DNA of 64,000 nucleotides from a virus: positions 32,001-96,000 of the IMG/VR virus record IMGVR_UViG_3300021963_000037; one strand, 5' to 3'. Positions 57,813-64,000 of the stretch are shown one piece after another. Numbering within the stretch: position 1 is the stretch's first letter; each line of letters begins with the position of its first letter. The position numbers and the translations under genes are program-made. The notes below the pieces were generated by a model. That model had not been told where the DNA came from. It searched no databases and worked only from the letters and a program-made list of their open reading frames with translations.

Positions 57813-58106
57813 ATGAGTATTTTAGAAGAAGCAGACAAAATCGTTAATCACAGATCAGAAGAAGCAGATCGTAACTATGGACCTTTCTCAGAAGGTATGG
57901 ATCGTGCAGCAATGATTTTTCAAGGAATGACTGGAATCCCAGTAACTGGAGAACACATGTTTAAAGCACTAGTTGCTTTGAAATTCTCTAGAGAATCTTA
58001 TAACCATAAGAAAGACAATTTGCTTGATGCAGTTGCCTATATTCAAGGATTAGAGAATTACCTTAATGAGATTGAAGAATCTCGCCCAATCAAATCAAAT
58101 GACTAG
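57813..58106 (+). CDS. DUF6378-like protein (all-alpha NTP pyrophosphohydrolase-related)
   Basis: SILEEADKIV..R....YGPF...LKFSRE...KDNLLDAVAY. Confidence 0.7.
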   Translation: MSILEEADKIVNHRSEEADRNYGPFSEGMDRAAMIFQGMTGIPVTGEHMFKALVALKFSRESYNHKKDNLLDAVAYIQGLENYLNEIEESRPIKSND

Positions 58107-59148
58107 TATCTACGATATTAAAGAAAAGTTAGCTGGTAAAAAGATTGCAATTGATGATGTTGTAACAACTTACAGCTCGAAAAAAGAATCACATAAATCT
58201 GCGTGGGCATATTTACTTATGTCCCAATTAAAAAGTCTAGGATTGGATGTTACTGTTTTAACAAAAGACGGTAACATTCATGATTTTGACGTTTGGATGG
58301 TAGCCTTACCAATGGAATTCCAAGGTAGTTACAATCTTTTTGGCGGTGCAGGAGATGAACCAGCTGCCAGAATCCAGAGATTTATTGATTTTAAAGGAGA
58401 TGTGTATTGTCTTAATCGAGAAATGCCAGATGTTGGAGCATTTGCTCAATCTCGTATGAATTCTTGTACAGACAATTGGAAATCATTAGACGTTGCAATC
58501 CTGTCATCAAGGTCAAAATCAGTTGAGACAATTGATTTAACCCTTAACTCAGATACCTTTGTACTAGGCGATAGCCATTCAGTATCTGCTTACGTTCCAG
58601 GAGCAAACATTTCCAGAAATGATGGTAAAACATTATTTGGAGTTATTAAAGAAGGAATGCAGAATTATATTCCTGCTGGAACAAAACACATAATCACATA
58701 TTTTGGTAACATTGATGTTAGACACCATTTGTGCCGCCAACCAGATCCAATTGCAGCAACTGAATCTCTAGTTAAAAACTATGTTGAACACTTAAAAAGT
58801 TTAGGCATGGAAAAGATCAGTGTTATGCAATTACTACCAATCGACCACGAAGAGAGAAGAATTCCAAAGACTGGATTCTATAAAGGAACACCTTTTTATG
58901 GAAATTTAGAAAAAAGATTGGAAATTTGTCGAATTTTTAACAATAAGCTGAGTATATATCTAAGTGAGGCCGGATACGAATTTATCCAATGGCCAAGCGA
59001 ATGGTACAAGCTAAGCCCAAAAGACTATGCGGACATTTATATGGAGAAACCAGGATCGGTGCACCTTTCACGAAATTATTATCAATATGATTTCGAAACT
59101 GGCCAAAAGAATCCAGCATTAAAACCAAAAGTCACGAGTTTATTTTGA
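58099..59148 (+). CDS. BGT N-domain-like region fused to an SGNH/GDSL-like domain
   Basis: N-half LKSLGLDVTVL...YNLFGG...VYCL; C-half VLGDSHS, FGNIDVRHH, GSVHL; start moved to 58099. Confidence 0.5.
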   Translation: MTSIYDIKEKLAGKKIAIDDVVTTYSSKKESHKSAWAYLLMSQLKSLGLDVTVLTKDGNIHDFDVWMVALPMEFQGSYNLFGGAGDEPAARIQRFIDFKGDVYCLNREMPDVGAFAQSRMNSCTDNWKSLDVAILSSRSKSVETIDLTLNSDTFVLGDSHSVSAYVPGANISRNDGKTLFGVIKEGMQNYIPAGTKHIITYFGNIDVRHHLCRQPDPIAATESLVKNYVEHLKSLGMEKISVMQLLPIDHEERRIPKTGFYKGTPFYGNLEKRLEICRIFNNKLSIYLSEAGYEFIQWPSEWYKLSPKDYADIYMEKPGSVHLSRNYYQYDFETGQKNPALKPKVTSLF

Positions 59149-59173
59149 AACCTTTTATAAATTATAAGTATAA
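59147..59173 (+). promoter_or_regulatory. Class A promoter for ino1
   Basis: GAAAC-N17-TATAA. Confidence 0.7.
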
Positions 59174-59196
59174 CTTAAAACAAATTACTAAAAATC

Positions 59197-60375
59197 ATGA
59201 GTAAAATTAAAGTTGCAATTATTGGTACAGGAAACTGTGCTAAGTCTCTAGTAGAAGGAGTACAATTCTACACGGAAAATCAAGCAAATATCGATGGTAT
59301 GATGCGTAGCGATATCGGTGGATATGGTGCAAAAGACATTGAATTTGTTTGTGCATTTGATATTGATGAGCGTAAAGTGAATCAACCATTAGGTGTTGCA
59401 TTGAAGCAACGTCCAAATTCTGCATGGGATATCGTTCCAACTATCAATTCAACAGCTCCAGTTTATGAAGCTCCAGTTATTGATGGTTATGCATTATTAA
59501 TGGACGCATACCCAGAAGCAAATCGTTTCTTGGTTTCTGAAGAGTTGAGAAATTCAACTGAGACAAATCGTACTGAATGGACTGATAAAAAAGACAGACA
59601 GTGGAAAGACAAAGTTATTGCTCAATTAAAAGAGCACGAAGTTGAAGTATTGATTAACTACTTACCAGTAGGTTCTCAAGCAGCAACAGAATTTTGGGCA
59701 GAAATCTGCTTAGAAACTGGAATTTCTTTCGTAAACTGTATTCCAGTATTTATTGCATCTGATCCGGCATGGGAGAAACGTTTTATCGACGCAGGTATTC
59801 CATTGATTGGTGATGATATGCGTTCTCAATTTGGTGCATCTATCTTGTCTCAAATGTTACAAGAACTTGCATTCGAAAGAGGTCACGTAGTAAGAGCACA
59901 CATTCAACGTAACGTTGGTGGTAACACTGACTTCTTGAATATGGAAGACAAAACTCGTTTGAAATCTAAAAAGATTTCTAAAGAGAACGTAATCCGCGCT
60001 CAAAATGATATTCGTGGAATATCAACAGAAGGTTCATTCTTACATGCAGGTCCTTCAGAGTACATCTCATACTATGGAGATAACAAAGTTGCTAACTTCC
60101 GTTTAGAACTTGAAGGATTCGGTGGAGCACCAGTTATATTTGATGCTCAACTATCTGTACAAGATAGTCCAAACTCTGCAGGAGTCGTAATCGACGCTCT
60201 TCGTTATCTTAGAGTTGCAAGAGAAATGGGAATTGTTGGTGCTTTAAGAGGACCATCAGCATTTACTCAAAAGACACCACCTCAACAAATGATGTTTGTT
60301 GATGCTGTTCAAGAATGCGAAGCTTTAGCAAATCGTAAACTTACTAAAGTTACGGAGAAACAAGTTAAAGCTTAA
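59197..60375 (+). CDS. ino1: myo-inositol-1-phosphate synthase
   Basis: VAIIGTGNCAKSLVEG, NYLPVGS, FVNCIPVFIASDP, GDDMRSQFGA, NVGGNTDFLNM, KKISK, VQDSPNSAG. Confidence 0.95.
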   Translation: MSKIKVAIIGTGNCAKSLVEGVQFYTENQANIDGMMRSDIGGYGAKDIEFVCAFDIDERKVNQPLGVALKQRPNSAWDIVPTINSTAPVYEAPVIDGYALLMDAYPEANRFLVSEELRNSTETNRTEWTDKKDRQWKDKVIAQLKEHEVEVLINYLPVGSQAATEFWAEICLETGISFVNCIPVFIASDPAWEKRFIDAGIPLIGDDMRSQFGASILSQMLQELAFERGHVVRAHIQRNVGGNTDFLNMEDKTRLKSKKISKENVIRAQNDIRGISTEGSFLHAGPSEYISYYGDNKVANFRLELEGFGGAPVIFDAQLSVQDSPNSAGVVIDALRYLRVAREMGIVGALRGPSAFTQKTPPQQMMFVDAVQECEALANRKLTKVTEKQVKA

Positions 60376-60385
60376 TTAATCCAAC

Positions 60386-60416
60386 AAGATGGAGAGTTTT
60401 GCTCTCCATCTTTTTT
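60386..60416 (+). terminator. Rho-independent terminator after ino1
   Basis: AAGATGGAGAG-TTTTG-CTCTCCATCTT then TTTT. Confidence 0.85.
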
Positions 60417-60428
60417 CAATTTAGAAAG

Positions 60429-60806
60429 ATGAAAAATCAAGAAATATTTGCATATGATTTTGATGGTGTAGTTTCATTAGGAATTAGACCAAGATTTAGT
60501 GATGATGTTATTATCACAGGTAGATGTCAAGAAGAGGCGCCACACGTTTTTGAAAAATTAGCAGAAATGGGAATCTCTACAAATGTTTACTTTAATCAAA
60601 TGACCTTACAAGAAAGGGGAAATCATACAGTAGAAGCTAGAATTTTCTCTGGTCGCCATAAAGCTAGAACTATTCATAACCTTAAAGAAGAAGGAATTGA
60701 TGTTGTTCGTTTCTTTGATGATGACGAAGTTCAAATTGCAGTTATTAAACAATGGCATCCTAATTTAGATATTGTTCATGTTGTATCAACTCTTGTAGAA
60801 AAATAA
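60429..60806 (+). CDS. Minimal (capless) HAD-family phosphatase
   Basis: YDFDGV (motif I), ITGR (II), HK (III), FFDDD (IV); start moved to 60429. Confidence 0.8.
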   Translation: MKNQEIFAYDFDGVVSLGIRPRFSDDVIITGRCQEEAPHVFEKLAEMGISTNVYFNQMTLQERGNHTVEARIFSGRHKARTIHNLKEEGIDVVRFFDDDEVQIAVIKQWHPNLDIVHVVSTLVEK

Positions 60807-60815
60807 AATTAATCA

Positions 60816-61838
60816 ATGAAATTCGGAATATTAAATATCTACATCAATACATCATGTAATACAAATCGAGCAAATGGATTAGAAATCTATTATCTTCGAA
60901 AAGCATTACTCGAGGCAGGACACGAAGTGTCTATTATTGGACATAAAAATTTAAGAAATGCCGACCAAGAATATTATGTAGATGCAAATGAAGCCGAATG
61001 GGAAACTTATGATGGTATATTCATTCAATTAGCAAAAGATAATTTCTTTGGTGGTGGATTAAAACCTCATACAGTTGCAATTGTTGAAGGTATTGCAAAA
61101 GCAAAGAACAAAATCTACAATCTTGCAACTGATCCAATGTTTCCACCAATTAATCCAGCTAGATCTTTAGCTAGATTTAATTTATGTCAAGATTATGTTG
61201 ATGTATGGGATGACCTAATCGAGGACTCGATTCAAATCTTTCCAGGAAAAGACATTAAGAAATTTAACGGATGGAAGAAGGGAAATGTAATGAACTTCAA
61301 CTTATTCGGATATATTTTTAAGAATCTATTTACTGAAAGAGAATTGGCTAATCCAACCTTATTTCAAGGAGAAGATACTAAAAAATGGGATGTTATCTAT
61401 TTCGGTAGAAACAGAAAAAGGTATCGTGAAAGCATGCTACAAAAATATATTCCAAAAGATACTAGAAATTTATTAGTTGGATATAAAAGTAAAAATGTAC
61501 CATCAACTCAAATAAATCCAGTTTCACATGACGAGATGATGTATCTTGTTAATCAATCTAAAGTTAGTCTAATTATTGGAGACGAAGAACATTTAGATAA
61601 TGTTGTAACATATCGTTTTTATGAAACTTTAGCTTCTAATTCATTAGCAGCAATTCAAATTGAATACGATCCTAACAAAGAGCTTATTCAAGACCCTGTA
61701 CTTAGAAAGGTATTATATGTTAAAAATGCCGAAGATGTTAAAGTACTAACTGAATTATATTCAAAGGATTTAATTGATCGTCAAAAACGAGAATTGGCCA
61801 GAATATTTAGTGAAATTAACAAACCTATAGAATTATAA
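60816..61838 (+). CDS. bgt: DNA beta-glucosyltransferase homolog (GT-B)
   Basis: Collinear with T4 BGT: NFFGG, KIYxLxTD, KKxDVIY, RES, LIIGD, DNxxTxRxxETxAS. Confidence 0.85.
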   Translation: MKFGILNIYINTSCNTNRANGLEIYYLRKALLEAGHEVSIIGHKNLRNADQEYYVDANEAEWETYDGIFIQLAKDNFFGGGLKPHTVAIVEGIAKAKNKIYNLATDPMFPPINPARSLARFNLCQDYVDVWDDLIEDSIQIFPGKDIKKFNGWKKGNVMNFNLFGYIFKNLFTERELANPTLFQGEDTKKWDVIYFGRNRKRYRESMLQKYIPKDTRNLLVGYKSKNVPSTQINPVSHDEMMYLVNQSKVSLIIGDEEHLDNVVTYRFYETLASNSLAAIQIEYDPNKELIQDPVLRKVLYVKNAEDVKVLTELYSKDLIDRQKRELARIFSEINKPIEL

Positions 61839-61839
61839 T

Positions 61840-62508
61840 ATGCTTACAAAAAGTCAAAGAGAACTAAGAGCAAACTACATAAAGTATCTTAATGCAACCG
61901 AAAGGATCGACAAAGATATGATTAAAGATTGCGTTATCCATTACATTAAACCCGAAGTAGATTATACTGATAAAGTATGTCTTGATTTAGGTGGAAACGT
62001 TGGTGGATTTACTAAATTAGCAATCGATCACGGTGCAAAACAAGTTATCACGGTAGAATGTGATGTTCGTAATTACACTAAACTTTCTGAAAGTTTTGCA
62101 GAAGAACCAAAGGCTAAAATTTTACATGCTGCAGTTTCAGGTTCTGACGAAAAAACAATTAAAATCTACAAAGGAACCAGAGGAGGTTCACATTGTTCTA
62201 CATCAATCATGAAAAGAAGTACTTTCCATGACTATGATGAGGTACAAAATTTGCATATTCAAGAATTGTTAGATACGTACAAACCAGATATTATCAAAAT
62301 TGATGTAGAAGGTGCAGAGTATCAAATCTTAGAATATATCGAAGCTTACTATCCTGAAGTAATTTTTATTGAATTACACATGGGAAAAGTAAAAGAGCAT
62401 GCCCAACCAGCTATTGAAAGATTAACAAATTTATACCCAATTAATGAGGTTAAAAGTTTTGTTGTCTTTAAAGAAATTGGTGGTTACGATTGTTGGTTTA
62501 AAAAATAA
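61840..62508 (+). CDS. FkbM-family SAM methyltransferase
   Basis: CLDLGGNVGGF, VECD, HAAVS, IKIDVEGAEY, IELH. Confidence 0.85.
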   Translation: MLTKSQRELRANYIKYLNATERIDKDMIKDCVIHYIKPEVDYTDKVCLDLGGNVGGFTKLAIDHGAKQVITVECDVRNYTKLSESFAEEPKAKILHAAVSGSDEKTIKIYKGTRGGSHCSTSIMKRSTFHDYDEVQNLHIQELLDTYKPDIIKIDVEGAEYQILEYIEAYYPEVIFIELHMGKVKEHAQPAIERLTNLYPINEVKSFVVFKEIGGYDCWFKK

Positions 62509-62517
62509 AATAGTAAA

Positions 62518-63567
62518 ATGAGTAATATAATTGAAAGCGTAAATATGGATGTCGTAAAAGACATTGGTCGTTTCTTTAATAAAGTAAACGAAAGAGCCCT
62601 TTATAATATGGGAGTGCTGGATAGTTATGATAGCGATGGAGACGATGCTCTTGGAGAAACTGTAGAGTATTTCCATCCTCAAATTACTCTAGATGACCGT
62701 ATGAGATATATTATGGAGAACATTGTATATGCTCCAATCTCAATGGACAATATTATTTGCAATACAATTATTTCTCACTTTTATGGAGCTCGTGGAATTC
62801 ACCAAGTTCTAACAAGAGATCCAAATCCAAAAACAGCATTAATTGATTTTGAAAGACTTTTAGTCGATCGAGATTATGAGAATAAAATTCGTAAGAATTT
62901 AGAAGATGCGGTTTCTTTAGGTTTACCAATTTATGGAAGTACGGAATTACGTACAAGTCTTTTTGGAGCAGCCAATAATTATGTTGCTCAGTTAAGAAAT
63001 CAACCAAGAGATGCTCATAAAATTAATATTCTTTTATGGGTAGCTTCTTTTATACCTCGAGGCATCACAGGAAGGATGGCCCAGGTTAAATCTCTAAACG
63101 AGATGTATGATATTATCTCTTCGCTTGAAGGAGTAGGACAGTACTACGGTTACCACTGTTCAACGTCTAACTCGGTAAATCCAAGAATTCCAATCAACCA
63201 TGACGAAAGATTTTGCGTACCAGGTCCTGGAGCAAGATTCACATTAGACCTAATGTTTGGAGAAGGTTGTAATATTCCTTATGGTGATAGAGTTATTTGG
63301 TTCCGTGAAAATTACAAAGACCTTATTGGAGATATTCCTCTACATGAATCAACACATAATGTTTATGTTGATGGTAAGAAGATTTTCCAAGAAGAACAAA
63401 ACGATCTTAAAACTTATGGTTGTGAAGTTGGTCTTTGTCAGTATGGCGTTTATTATCGCTTAAGAAACAATCCACATTTAATTAGTCGTCGAAAAGTAGC
63501 AAGAACTGATAATTCAGTTATGGAATACTTTTTTAACAATAATTTTGAACAAAACTCGCTTTTCTAA
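62518..63567 (+). CDS. aGPT-Pplase1 / hmdU-kinase helical-domain-like DNA modification protein
   Basis: GVGQYYGYH (HhH-like), PGPGAR, CEVGLCQYGVYYR. Confidence 0.65.
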   Translation: MSNIIESVNMDVVKDIGRFFNKVNERALYNMGVLDSYDSDGDDALGETVEYFHPQITLDDRMRYIMENIVYAPISMDNIICNTIISHFYGARGIHQVLTRDPNPKTALIDFERLLVDRDYENKIRKNLEDAVSLGLPIYGSTELRTSLFGAANNYVAQLRNQPRDAHKINILLWVASFIPRGITGRMAQVKSLNEMYDIISSLEGVGQYYGYHCSTSNSVNPRIPINHDERFCVPGPGARFTLDLMFGEGCNIPYGDRVIWFRENYKDLIGDIPLHESTHNVYVDGKKIFQEEQNDLKTYGCEVGLCQYGVYYRLRNNPHLISRRKVARTDNSVMEYFFNNNFEQNSLF

Positions 63568-63590
63568 TATAATAACCTAATAACGTTATT

Positions 63591-64000
63591 ATGAAAGCAA
63601 CGAGTATCAAAAACCTTTTCTTAGACGATTTCAGACATCCTTATGATTGCATGAGCTACATGCCTTACCGAATCGGTACAAATGCAGCAATGTATACTCA
63701 ACAAGAATGGTCAGTTGTTAAAAGCTATGATGAATTTACCAAGTGGATTACTTTAAATGGTCTTCCTAAAATGGTATCATTCGATCATGATTTAGCAGAT
63801 GAGCATTACAGTCCAGCAATGTGCGGAGACGGAGCTGACTATCCAACTGATTTTGATGAGAAAACAGGTTTAGACTGTGCAAAATGGTTAGTTAATTATT
63901 GTATCGACAATAAATTAGAATTTCCATGTTTTGAAGTACATTCAATGAATCCAGTTGGCTCAGAACGAATTAAAAATTATATTCAAGATTACATCAAATT
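63591..64000 (+). CDS. Cyclic-phosphate-processing receiver-domain protein (3'-truncated, absent from the ORF track)
   Basis: Hand translation: MKATSIKNLFLDDFRHP...VSFDHDL...KTGLDCAKWL...VHSMNPVG; TGAAC-N17-TATAA at 63546. Confidence 0.8.
   Translation, partial: MKATSIKNLFLDDFRHPYDCMSYMPYRIGTNAAMYTQQEWSVVKSYDEFTKWITLNGLPKMVSFDHDLADEHYSPAMCGDGADYPTDFDEKTGLDCAKWLVNYCIDNKLEFPCFEVHSMNPVGSERIKNYIQDYIK

Noticed and set aside
59197-60806. ino1 plus phosphatase as a plain auxiliary metabolic gene for host inositol lipids
   Set aside because: Not excluded, since Bacteroidota make inositol lipids and a terminator follows ino1, but ranked lower because the flanking genes on both sides are DNA-modification type and no CDP-alcohol phosphotransferase is present.
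1-64000. Stop-codon reassignment (TAG/TGA), as seen in some jumbo phages
   Set aside because: Known proteins are full length and tightly packed under the standard code; TGA acts as a stop at 36888 and 59148.

Overview
AT-rich, gene-dense segment of a large T4-like (jumbo) myovirus genome. All credible genes are on the + strand and read cleanly in the standard code. A Bacteroidota host is likely: A-rich starts without Shine-Dalgarno sites and a phage ribosomal S1 with a Bacteroidota-type N-terminus. Order: UvsE, dCMP deaminase and small hypothetical genes (1-5.6 kb); baseplate/neck/tail module with embedded S1, amidoligase, two collagen/collar fibres (one ending in a Hint domain) and a spanin-like gene (5.7-43 kb); replication/recombination genes (RuvC-like, gp32, primase, UvsY, UvsW; 43-48 kb); a block of proteins carrying T4-style capsid-targeting and prohead-protease motifs (48-57 kb); and a candidate DNA hypermodification cluster (57.8-63.6 kb). 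That cluster combines myo-inositol-1-phosphate synthase, a HAD phosphatase, a T4 beta-glucosyltransferase homolog, a BGT-N/SGNH fusion, an FkbM methyltransferase and an aGPT-Pplase-type protein, and is the strongest candidate for an undescribed system (inositol-decorated DNA). Two promoter classes, several terminators and T4-style translational control elements are visible. All family calls come from motif recognition by eye; no database searches were run.
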